Assembly: GCA_964016885.1 (NCBI GenBank)
Contig: OZ024744.1
Span: forward strand, 118,916,001 to 118,980,000
DNA from: Eledone cirrhosa
Taxonomy: Eukaryota
Direction: 5' to 3'
DNA length: 64,000 nt
The notes below the pieces were generated by a model. It was given only the letters and a program-made list of their open reading frames with translations. It searched no databases and had not been told where the DNA came from. Shown piece by piece: positions 1 to 12,360 of the stretch. Position numbers and translations under genes: made by a program. Within the stretch, counting starts at the first letter, position 1, and each line of letters begins with the position of its first letter.

Positions 1-778
1 TCAGTATTGGTAGGGCTCCCACTGTCCTAAACAATTGCCCTGGTCATCCTCTGGTCAGTACTGGTAGGGCTCCCACTGTCCTAAACAATTGCCCTGGTCA
101 GTACTGGTAGGGTTCCCACTGTCCTAAACAATTGTCCTGGTCATCCTCTGGTCAGTACTGGTAGGGCTCCCACTGTCTAAACAATTGCCCTGGTCATCCT
201 CTGGTCAGTACTGGTAGGGCTCCCACTGTCCTAAACAATTGCCCTGGTCATCCTCTGGTCAGTACTGGTAGGGCTCCCACTGTCTAAACAATTGCCCTGG
301 TCATCCTCTGGTCAGTACTGGTAGGGTTCCCACTGTCCTAAACAATTGCCCTGGTCATCCTTTGGTCAGTATTGGTAGGGTTCCCACTGTCCTAAACAAT
401 TGTCCTGGTCATCCTCTGGTCAGTACTGGTAGGGCTCCCACTGTCTAAACAATTGCCCTGGTCATCCTCTGGTCAGTACTGGTAGGGCTCCCACTGTCCT
501 AAACAATTGCCCTGGTCATCCTCTGGTCAGTACTGGTAGGGCTCCCACTGTCCTAAACAATTGCCCTGGTCATCCTCTGGTCAGTACTGGTAGGGCTCCC
601 ACTGTCTAAACAATTGCCCTGGTCATCCTCTGGTCAGTACTGGTAGGGCTCCCACTGTCTAAACAATTGCCCTGGTCATCCTCTGGTCAGTACTGGTAGG
701 GCTCCCACTGTCTAAACAATTGCCCTGGTCATCCTCTGGTCAGTACTGGTAGGGCTCCCACTGTCTAAACAATTGCCC
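1..778. repeat. Tandem array, 53/54-bp unit (tcagtactggtagggctcccactgtc(c)taaacaattgccctggtcatcctctgg), ~14-15 copies, truncated by window start
   Basis: Direct periodicity in the sequence; C indel and a few substitution variants. Confidence 0.95.
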
Positions 779-1016
779 TCTATGACAGTTGCATCACAAT
801 CACTTCTGTCACCCTGTCCTATGTCTCCCTCTCCGGCACTACTAGGAGTCCAACTCCAACCACTAAGCCACTTTGTGGTCTCTTTGTATTCTGACTGCAC
901 CTCCCCCACTCACCATCGGTAGTGTTATACCTAACCAAGGGCCAGTATAACTTGTACACTCTATCCATCTGCTTATGTTGTTAGAAATAAATATTATTAT
1001 TATTTATTCTCTGCTA

Positions 1017-1345
1017 GGGCCAGTGGACTAGCAATAATCGGTAGAGCGTCAGACATGATTTGCTGCATATAGTTACATCCCTTTACATTCTGAATTCAAA
1101 TCCCTCTGAGGTTAACTTTACCTTTAACCCTTACGTGGTTGATAAAATAAGTACCTGTAATACACTGGGGTTGATTCTATCAACGTTCCCTTCCCTGCCG
1201 AAATTATTGGCCTTGTGTCTAAATCCTATTAAAGAGGGCAGTGGATTGGAAGAATCGGTAGAGCATGGTTAGCTTTACCTTTCGTCCTTATCAGGGTTGT
1301 TAAAATAATGTACCAGTAATGTACTGGGGTAGATATAATCAACTC
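1017..1345 (+). mobile_element. Two adjacent degenerate tRNA-derived SINE copies
   Basis: Head like ggcagtgga...aatcggtagagc, B-box-like (g)ttcaaatcc, core ctttacctttcatcc...gataaaataagtacc; the same family recurs at 1474, 19596 and 37517. Confidence 0.7.
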
Positions 1346-1374
1346 TATTATTTACTCTCTGCTGTTTTACTCAG

Positions 1375-1445
1375 GCCCGTCTTCCACATTGCCAAACTTG
1401 GAATCTTCTCTACAGCAGTAATGACCATGGCTTATCTATGAACAG
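1375..1445 (+). CDS. TLDc-domain (Rtc5-like) protein, internal exon A: ARLPHCQTWNLLYSSNDHGLSMN(R)
   Basis: Acceptor ttttactcag, donor AG|gtaaag. The W-x-LLYSS-x-x-HG-x-S motif opens TLDc domains. Phase-2 end joins exon B in frame. Confidence 0.88.
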
Positions 1446-1473
1446 GTAAAGAAATACTTTTATTATTTATCAT

Positions 1474-1660
1474 GGCAGTAATCAATATAGAGTGTCGGAC
1501 AACATGCTTTAAGCATATAGTTACGGCCCTTTACGTTCTGAGTTCAAATCCCATCAAGGTTAACTTTGCCTTTCATCCTTATGGGATCGATAAAATAAAG
1601 TACCAGTAATGTACTGGTGTCGATTTAATTGACTTTCCCCTTGTGCCTGAATCAGAAATA
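1474..1660 (+). mobile_element. tRNA-derived SINE
   Basis: ttctgagttcaaatccc (B box) followed by actttgcctttcatccttatgggatcgataaaataaagtaccag core. Confidence 0.75.
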
Positions 1661-1732
1661 ATTATTTATTAACTGGATGTGTCTGCAAATTCAGAAATTC
1701 TTCAAATGTTTTTCCAAATTTCAAGTTTTATA

Positions 1733-4700
1733 TAGTGCTAATATCTCATGAGTTATTGGCACTATTCCTCATAATACAGTGTCATTCCCCTTGTTTTTAC
1801 TATATGTTCTCTAGTGCCAATATCTCATGAGTTATTGGCACTATTCCTCATAATACAGTGTCATTCCCCTTGTTTTTACTATATGTTCTCTAGTGCCAAT
1901 ATCTCATGAGTTATTGGCACTATTCCTCATAATACAGTGTCATTCCCCTTGTTTTTACTATATGTTCTCTAGTGCCAATATCTCATGAGTTATTGGCACT
2001 ATTCCTCATAATACAGTGTCATTCCCCTTGTTTTTACTATATGTTCTCTAGTGCCAATATCTCATGAGTTATTGGCACTATTCCTCATAATACAGTGTCA
2101 TTCCTCTTGTTTTTACTATATGTTCTCTAGTGCCAATATCTCATGAGTTATTGGCACTATTCCTCATAATACAGTGTCATTCCTCTTGTTTTTACTATAT
2201 GTTCTCTAGTGCCAATATCTCATGAGTTATTGGCACTATTCCTCATAATACAGTGTCATTCCTCTTGTTTTTACTATATGTTCTCTAGTGCCAATATCTC
2301 ATGAGTTATTGGCACTATTCCTCATAATACAGTGTCATTCCTCTTGTTTTTACTATATGTTCTCTAGTGCCAATATCTCATGAGTTATTGGCACTATTCC
2401 TCATAATACAGTGTCATTCCTCTTGTTTTTACTATATGTTCTCTAGTGCCAATATCTCATGAGTTATTGGTACTATTCCTCATAATACAGTGTCATTCCT
2501 CTTGTTTTTACTATATGTTCTCTAGTGCCAATATCTCATGAGTTATTGGCACTATTCCTCATAATACAGTGTCATTCCCCTTGTTTTTACTATATGTTCT
2601 CTAGTGCCAATATCTCATGAGTTATTGGCACTATTCCTCATAATACAGTGTCATTCCCCTTGTTTTTACTATATGTTCTCTAGTGCCAATATCTCATGAG
2701 TTATTGGCACTATTCCTCATAATACAGTGTCATTCCTCTTGTTTTTACTATATGTTCTCTAGTGCCAATATCTCATGAGTTATTGGCACTATTCCTCATA
2801 ATACAGTGTCATTCCTCTTGTTTTTACTATATGTTCTCTAGTGCCAATATCTCATGAGTTATTGGCACTATTCCTCATGATACAGTGTCATTCCCCTTGT
2901 TTTTACTATATGTTCTCTAGTGCCAATATCTCATGAGTTATTGGCACTATTCCTCATAATACAGTGTCATTCCTCTTGTTTTTATTATATGTTGTCTAGT
3001 GCCAATATCTCATGAGTTATTGGTACTATTCCTCATAATACAGTGTCATTCCTCTTGTTTTTACTATATGTTCTCTAGTGCTAATATCTCATGAGTTATT
3101 GGCACTATTCCTCATAATACAGTGTCATTCCTCTTGTTTTTACTATATGTTCTCTAGTGCCAATATCTCATGAGTTATTGGTACTATTCCTCATAATACA
3201 GTGTCATTCCTCTTGTTTTTACTATATGTTCTCTAGTGCTAATATCTCATGAGTTATTGGCACTATTCCTCATAATACAGTGTCATTCCTCTTGTTTTTA
3301 CTATATGTTCTCTAGTGCTAATATCTCATGAGTTATTGGCACTATTCCTCATAATACAGTGTCATTCCTCTTGTTTTTACTATATGTTCTCTAGTGCCAA
3401 TATCTCATGAGTTATTGGCACTATTCCTCATAATACAGTGTCATTCCTCTTGTTTTTACTATATGTTCTCTAGTGCCAATATCTCATGAGTTATTGGTAC
3501 TATTCCTCATAATACAGTGTCATTCCTCTTGTTTTTACTATATGTTCTCTAGTGCCAATATCTCATGAGTTATTGGCACTATTCCTCATAATACAGTGTC
3601 ATTCCTCTTGTTTTTACTATATGTTCTCTAGTGCCAATATCTCATGAGTTATTGGCACTATTCCTCATAATACAGTGTCATTCCCCTTGTTTTTACTATA
3701 TGTTCTCTAGTGCCAATATCTCATGAGTTATTGGCACTATTCCTCAATACAGTGTAATTCCCCTTGTTTTTACTATATGTTCTATAGTGCCAATATCTCA
3801 TGAGTTATTGGTACTATTCCTCATAATACAGTGTCATTCCCCTTGTTTTTACTATATGTTCTCTAGTGCCAATATCTCATGAGTTATTGGCACTATTCCT
3901 CATAATACAGTGTCATTCCTCTTGTTTTTACTATATGTTCTCTAGTGCCAATATCTCATGAGTTATTGGCACTATTCCTCATAATACAGTGTCATTCCTC
4001 TTGTTTTTACTATATGTTCTCTAGTGCCAATATCTCATGAGTTATTGGTACTATTCCTCATAATACAGTGTCATTCCTCTTGTTTTTACTATATGTTCTC
4101 TAGTGCCAATATCTCATGAGTTATTGGCACTATTCCTCATAATACAGTGTCATTCCCCTTGTTTTTACTATATGTTCTCTAGTGCCAATATCTCATGAGT
4201 TATTGGCACTATTCCTCATAATACAGTGTCATTCCCCTTGTTTTCACTATATGTTCTCTAGTGCCAATATCTCATGAGTTATTGGCACTATTCCTCATAA
4301 TACAGTGTCATTCCTCTTGTTTTTACTATATGTTCTCTAGTGCCAATATCTCATGAGTTATTGGCACTATTCCTCATAATACAGTGTCATTCCTCTTGTT
4401 TTTACTATATGTTCTCTAGTGCCAATATCTCATGAGTTATTGGCACTATTCCTCATAATACAGTGTCATTCCTCTTGTTTTTACTATATGTTCTCTAGTG
4501 CCAATATCTCATGAGTTATTGGCACTATTCCTCATAATACAGTGTCATTCCCCTTGTTTTTACTATATGTTCTCTAGTGCCAATATCTCATGAGTTATTG
4601 GCACTATTCCTCATAATACAGTGTCATTCCTCTTGTTTTTACTATATGTTCTCTAGTGCCAATATCTCATGAGTTATTGGCACTATTCCTCATAATACAG

Positions 4701-7700
4701 TGTCATTCCCCTTGTTTTTACTATATGTTCTCTAGTGCCAATATCTCATGAGTTATTGGCACTATTCCTCATAATACAGTGTCATTCCTCTTGTTTTTAT
4801 TATATGTTGTCTAGTGCCAATATCTCATGAGTTATTGGTACTATTCCTCATAATACAGTGTCATTCCTCTTGTTTTTACTATATGTTCTCTAGTGCTAAT
4901 ATCTCATGAGTTATTGGCACTATTCCTCATAATACAGTGTCATTCCTCTTGTTTTTACTATATGTTCTCTAGTGCCAATATCTCATGAGTTATTGGTACT
5001 ATTCCTCATAATACAGTGTCATTCCTCTTGTTTTTACTATATGTTCTCTAGTGCTAATATCTCATGAGTTATTGGCACTATTCCTCATAATACAGTGTCA
5101 TTCCTCTTGTTTTTACTATATGTTCTCTAGTGCCAATATCTCATGAGTTATTGGCACTATTCCTCATAATACAGTGTCATTCCCCTTGTTTTTACTATAT
5201 GTTCTCTAGTGCCAATATCTCATGAGTTATTGGCACTATTCCTCATAATACAGTGTCATTCCTCTTGTTTTTACTATATGTTCTCTAGTGCCAATATCTC
5301 ATGAGTTATTGGCACTATTCCTCATAATACAGTGTCATTCCTCTTGTTTTTACTATATGTTCTCTAGTGCCAATATCTCATGAGTTATTGGCACTATTCC
5401 TCATAATACAGTGTCATTCCTCTTGTTTTTACTATATGTTCTCTAGTGCCAATATCTCATGAGTTATTGGTACTATTCCTCATAATACAGTGTCATTCCT
5501 CTTGTTTTTACTATATGTTCTCTAGTGCCAATATCTCATGAGTTATTGGCACTATTCCTCATAATACAGTGTCATTCCCCTTGTTTTTACTATATGTTCT
5601 CTAGTGCCAATATATCATGAGTTATTGGCACTATTCCTCATAATACAGTGTCATTCCCCTTGTTTTTACTATATGTTCTCTAGTGCCAATATCTCATGAG
5701 TTATTGGCACTATTCCTCATAATACAGTGTCATTCCTCTTGTTTTTACTATATGTTCTCTAGTGCCAATATCTCATGAGTTATTGGCACTATTCCTCATA
5801 ATACAGTGTCATTCCTCTTGTTTTTACTATATGTTCTCTAGTGCCAATATCTCACGAGTTATTGGTACTATTCCTCATAATACAGTGTCATTCCTCTTGT
5901 TTTTACTATATGTTCTCTAGTGCCAATATCTCATGAGTTATTGGCACTATTCCTCATAATACAGTGTCATTCCTCTTGTTTTTACTATATGTTCTCTAGT
6001 GCCAATATCTCATGAGTTATTCGTACTATTCCTCATAATACAGTGTCATTCCTCTTGTTTTTACTATATGTTCTCTAGTGCCAATATCTCATGAGTTATT
6101 GGCACTATTCCTCATAATACAGTGTCATTCCTCTTGTTTTTACTATATGTTCTCTAGTGCCAATATCTCATGAGTTATTGGCACTATTCCTCATAATACA
6201 GTGTCATTCCCCTTGTTTTTACTATATGTTCTCTAGTACTAATATCTCATGAGTTATTGGCACTATTCCTCATAATACAGTGTCATTCCCCTTGTTTTTA
6301 CTATATGTTCTCTAGTGCCAATATCTCATGAGTTATTGGCACTATTCCTCATAATACAGTGTCATTCCTCTTGTTTTTACTATATGTTCTCTAGTGCCAA
6401 TATCTCATGAGTTATTGGCACTATTCCTCATAATACAGTGTCATTCCTCTTGTTTTTACTATATGTTCTCTAGTGCCAATATCTCATGAGTTATTGGTAC
6501 TATTCCTCATAATACAGTGTCATTCCTCTTGTTTTTACTATATGTTCTCTAGTGCCAATATCTCATGAGTTATTGGCACTATTCCTCATAATACAGTGTC
6601 ATTCCCCTTGTTTTTACTATATGTTCTCTAGTGCCAATATATCATGAGTTATTGGCACTATTCCTCATAATACAGTGTCATTCCCCTTGTTTTTACTATA
6701 TGTTCTCTAGTGCCAATATCTCATGAGTTATTGGCACTATTCCTCATAATACAGTGTCATTCCTCTTGTTTTTACTATATGTTCTCTAGTGCCAATATCT
6801 CATGAGTTATTGGCACTATTCCTCATAATACAGTGTCATTCCTCTTGTTTTTACTATATGTTCTCTAGTGCCAATATCTCACGAGTTATTGGTACTATTC
6901 CTCATAATACAGTGTCATTCCTCTTGTTTTTACTATATGTTCTCTAGTGCCAATATCTCATGAGTTATTGGCACTATTCCTCATAATACAGTGTCATTCC
7001 TCTTGTTTTTACTATATGTTCTCTAGTGCCAATATCTCATGAGTTATTCGTACTATTCCTCATAATACAGTGTCATTCCTCTTGTTTTTACTATATGTGC
7101 TCTAGTGCCAATATCTCATGAGTTATTGGCACTATTCCTCATAATACAGTGTCATTCCTCTTGTTTTTACTATATGTTCTCTAGTGCCAATATCTCATGA
7201 GTTATTGGCACTATTCCTCATAATACAGTGTCATTCCCCTTGTTTTTACTATATGTTCTCTAGTACTAATATCTCATGAGTTATTGGCACTATTCCTCAT
7301 AATACAGTGTCATTCCCCTTGTTTTTACTATATGTTCTCTAGTGCCAATATCTCATGAGTTATTGGCACTATTCCTCAATACAGTGTCATTCCCCTTGTT
7401 TTTACTATATGTTCTATAGTGCCAATATCTCATGAGTTATTGGTACTATTCCTCATAATACAGTGTCATTCCCCTTGTTTTTACTATATGTTCTCTAGTG
7501 CCAATATCTCATGAGTTATTGGCACTATTCCTCATAATACAGTGTCATTCCTCTTGTTTTTACTATATGTTCTCTAGTGCCAATATCTCATGAGTTATTG
7601 GCACTATTCCTCATAATACAGTGTCATTCCTCTTGTTTTTACTATATGTTCTCTAGTGCCAATATCTCATGAGTTATTGGTACTATTCCTCATAATACAG

Positions 7701-10700
7701 TGTCATTCCTCTTGTTTTTACTATATGTTCTCTAGTGCCAATATCTCATGAGTTATTGGCACTATTCCTCATAATACAGTGTCATTCCCCTTGTTTTTAC
7801 TATATGTTCTCTAGTGCCAATATCTCATGAGTTATTGGCACTATTCCTCATAATACAGTGTCATTCCCCTTGTTTTTACTATATGTTCTCTAGTGCCAAT
7901 ATCTCATGAGTTATTGGCACTATTCCTCATAATACAGTGTCATTCCTCTTGTTTTTACTATATGTTCTCTAGTGCCAATATCTCATGAGTTATTGGCACT
8001 ATTCCTCATAATACAGTGTCATTCCTCTTGTTTTTACTATATGTTCTCTAGTGCCAATATCTCATGAGTTATTGGCACTATTCCTCATAATACAGTGTCA
8101 TTCCCCTTGTTTTTACTATATGTTCTCTAGTGCCAATATCTCATGAGTTATTGGCACTATTCCTCATAATACAGTGTCATTCCTCTTGTTTTTACTATAT
8201 GTTCTCTAGTGCTAATATCTCATGAGTTATTGGCACTATTCCTCATAATACAGTGTCATTCCTCTTGTTTTTACTATATGTTCTCTAGTGCTAATATCTC
8301 ATGAGTTATTGGCACTATTCCTCATAATACAGTGTCATTCCTCTTGTTTTTACTATATGTTCTCTAGTGCCAATATCTCATGAGTTATTGGCACTATTCC
8401 TCATAATACAGTGTCATTCCTCTTGTTTTTACTATATGTTCTCTAGTGCTAATATCTCATGAGTTATTGGCACTATTCCTCATAATACAGTGTCATTCCT
8501 CTTGTTTTTACTATATGTTCTCTAGTGCCAATATCTCATGAGTTATTGGCACTATTCCTCATAATACAGTGTCATTCCTCTTGTTTTTACTATATGTTCT
8601 CTAGTGCCAATATCTCATGAGTTATTGGTACTATTCCTCATAATACAGTGTCATTCCCCTTGTTTTTACTATATGTTCTCTAGTGCCAATATCTCATGAG
8701 TTATTGGCACTATTCCTCATAATACAGTGTCATTCCCCTTGTTTTTACTATATGTTCTCTAGTGCCAATATCTCATGAGTTATTGGTACTATTCCTCATA
8801 ATACAGTGTCATTCCTCTTGTTTTTACTATATGTTCTCTAGTGCCAATATCTCATGAGTTATTGGCACTATTCCTCATAATACAGTGTCATTCCTCTTGT
8901 TTTTACTATATGTTCTCTAGTGCCAATATCTCATGAGTTATTGGCACTATTCCTCATAATACAGTGTCATTCCCCTTGTTTTTACTATATGTTCTCTAGT
9001 GCCAATATCTCATGAGTTATTGGCACTATTCCTCATAATACAGTGTCATTCCTCTTGTTTTTACTATATGTTCTCTAGTGCCAATATCTCATGAGTTATT
9101 GGCACTATTCCTCATAATACAGTGTCATTCCCCTTGTTTTTACTATATGTTCTCTAGTGCCAATATCTCACGAGTTATTGGTACTATTCCTCATAATACA
9201 GTGTCATTCCCCTTGTTTTTACTATATGTTCTCTAGTGCCAATATCTCACGAGTTATTGGTACTATTCCTCATAATACAGTGTCATTCCCCTTGTTTTTA
9301 CTATATGTTCTCTAGTGCCAATATCTCATGAGTTATTGGTACTATTCCTCATAATACAGTGTCATTCCTCTTGTTTTTACTATATGTTCTCTAGTGCCAA
9401 TATCTCATGAGTTATTGGTACTATTCCTCATAATACAGTGTCATTCCTCTTGTTTTTACTATATGTTCTCTAGTGCCAATATCTCATGAGTTATTGGCAC
9501 TATTCCTCATAATACAGTGTCATTCCTCTTGTTTTTACTATATGTTCTCTAGTGCCAATATCTCATGAGTTATTGGTACTATTCCTCATAATACAGTGTC
9601 ATTCCTCTTGTTTTTACTATATGTTCTCTAGTGCCAATATCTCATGAGTTATTGGCACTATTCCTCATAATACAGTGTCATTCCTCTTGTTTTTACTATA
9701 TGTTCTCTAGTGCCAATATCTCATGAGTTATTGGTACTATTCCTCATAATACAGTGTCATTCCTCTTGTTTTTACTATATGTTCTCTAGTGCCAATATCT
9801 CATGAGTTATTGGCACTATTCCTCATAATACAGTGTCATTCCCCTTGTTTTTACTATATGTTCTCTAGTGCCAATATCTCATGAGTTATTGGCACTATTC
9901 CTCATAATACAGTGTCATTCCTCTTGTTTTTACTATATGTTCTCTAGTGCCAATATCTCATGAGTTATTGGTACTATTCCTCATAATACAGTGTCATTCC
10001 TCTTGTTTTTACTATATGTTCTCTAGTGCCAATATCTCATGAGTTATTGGCACTATTCCTCATAATACAGTGTCATTCCCCTTGTTTTTACTATATGTTC
10101 TCTAGTGCCAATATCTCAGGAGTTATTGGCACTATTCCTCATAATACAGTGTCATTCCCCTTGTTTTTACTATATGTTCTCTAGTGCTAATATCTCATGA
10201 GTTATTGGCACTATTCCTCATAATACAGTGTCATTCCTCTTGTTTTTACTATATGTTCTCTAGTGCTAATATCTCATGAGTTATTGGCACTATTCCTCAT
10301 AATACAGTGTCATTCCTCTTGTTTTTACTATATGTTCTCTAGTGCCAATATCTCATGAGTTATTGGCACTATTCCTCATAATACAGTGTCATTCCCCTTG
10401 TTTTTACTATATGTTCTCTAGTGCCAATATCTCATGAGTTATTGGCACTATTCCTCATAATACAGTGTCATTCCTCTTGTTTTTACTATATGTTCTCTAG
10501 TGCCAATATCTCATGAGTTATTGGCACTATTCCTCATAATACAGTGTCATTCCCCTTGTTTTTACTATATGTCCTCTAGTGCCAATATCTCATGAGTTAT
10601 TGGCACTATTCCTCATAATACAGTGTCATTCCTCTTGTTTTTACTATATGTTCTCTAGTGCTAATATCTCATGAGTTATTGGCACTATTCCTCATAATAC

Positions 10701-11358
10701 AGTGTCATTCCTCTTGTTTTTACTATATGTTCTCTAGTGCCAATATCTCATGAGTTATTGGTACTATTCCTCATAATACAGTGTCATTCCTCTTGTTTTT
10801 ACTATATGTTCTCTAGTGCTAATATCTCATGAGTTATTGGCACTATTCCTCATAATACAGTGTCATTCCTCTTGTTTTTACTATATGTTCTCTAGTGCCA
10901 ATATCTCATGAGTTATTGGCACTATTCCTCATAATACAGTGTCATTCCCCTTGTTTTTACTATATGTTCTCTAGTGCCAATATCTCATGAGTTATTGGCA
11001 CTATTCCTCATAATACAGTGTCATTCCCCTTGTTTTTACTATATGTTCTCTAGTACCAATATCTCATGAGTTATTGGTACTATTCCTCATAATACAGTGT
11101 CATTCCCCTTGTTTTTACTATATGTTCTCTAGTGCCAATATCTCATGAGTTATTGGCACTATTCCTCATAATACAGTGTCATTCCCCTTGTTTTTACTAT
11201 ATGTTCTCTAGTGCCAATATCTCATGAGTTATTGGCACTATTCCTCATAATACAGTGTCATTCCTCTTGTTTTTACTATATGTTCTCTAGTGCCAATATC
11301 TCATGAGTTATTGGCACTATTCCTCATAATACAGTGTCATTCCCCTTGTTTTTACTAT
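1733..11358. repeat. 79-bp satellite, ~122 copies, each with a 32-bp near-perfect palindrome; intronic
   Basis: Unit tagtgccaatatctcatgagttattggcactattcctcataatacagtgtcattcc(t/c)cttgtttttactatatgttctc; period 79 counted directly (1801 to 1880). Confidence 0.98.
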
Positions 11359-11385
11359 AATCATACCTGTAAATACACATACTAG

Positions 11386-11600
11386 TACAAGGATCGGCTG
11401 AAAAGTTCATTGACTGACCAAGATACTCTCATGGAATAACCTAATGAGGTTTATTTTTTAACACAGTCTATGGAAAAAAATAATAGTTATTATTACTAAA
11501 AAGAGTTGATATTAATGTATCCAAGATTTCACAGCTCTAGCATCACTCCTTCATAATCAGCATAGTTAGCCTATGAACTTTTCAGCCGCCTACCCTCATA
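11386..11600. mobile_element. Tc1/mariner-type MITE
   Basis: Inverted termini ggctgaaaagttca / tgaacttttcagcc with outer ends ta-caagg / ccctca-ta; TA flanks. Confidence 0.7.
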
Positions 11601-11669
11601 TATATATATATATATATGCCAGAGACACTTTCGTACGAACGAGACACGGTCTCCTAACCATTCTTGCAT

Positions 11670-11742
11670 CAAATGGAACAAAACCGTCTAACTCATGCTA
11701 GCATGGAAGATGGACGTTAAACGATAATGATGATGATGATGA
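11670..11742 (+). mobile_element. RTE LINE 3' terminal fragment
   Basis: ccgtctaactcatgctagcatggaagatggacgttaaac plus (gat)n, matching the end of the RTE at 14960-15025. Confidence 0.75.
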
Positions 11743-12360
11743 TATATATAAAATTCTTTCTCTGTCTGTCTTTTCCTTATGTATTCTCAAATGACTTGAC
11801 AAATCAAATCAAATTTTACAAGGTATAGTATTAGACCCCGGGATTAACAGCATGCAATTTTTATTTTCATTTGGATTAAAACTATATAACATTTTATCTA
11901 AAATAATCTACTATAGTCAACTATGTTAAACTGACATTTTATAACATCACGATGACGGCATCACATTTTGTACATGAGTGTGTTTGTGTGTGTGTGTTTA
12001 CGTGTGCGTTATGTACGTTAAGCCTTAGTAACATACATGCACACACAAAGAATTAAACACACACACATCTACATGTGATGACTGACAAGTATATGTATCT
12101 GAGTGTATGTGAGTATACATACATTTCTGTGACAACTGACATAACAAATGCTGGTGGGGTGAAACTGTGTTTGTATGAATGTATGTCTGTGTGTTGTTTA
12201 TAAGTGTATGTTTGTGTTAGTGTATGTGTGCCGGTTTGTTTATAGATATATTCTCATACCGTTAAATTAGCTGTTAATACATTTGCTTATATTTGGTTAA
12301 TTTACACTGAATACAAAAATAATAATTAATATTAAAAATATTAAAATAATAATATTAAAA

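Noticed and set aside
1733-11358. CRISPR-like array (32-bp palindromic repeat plus ~47-bp spacer)
   Set aside because: Spacers are essentially identical, there are no cas genes, and the context is a eukaryotic intron.
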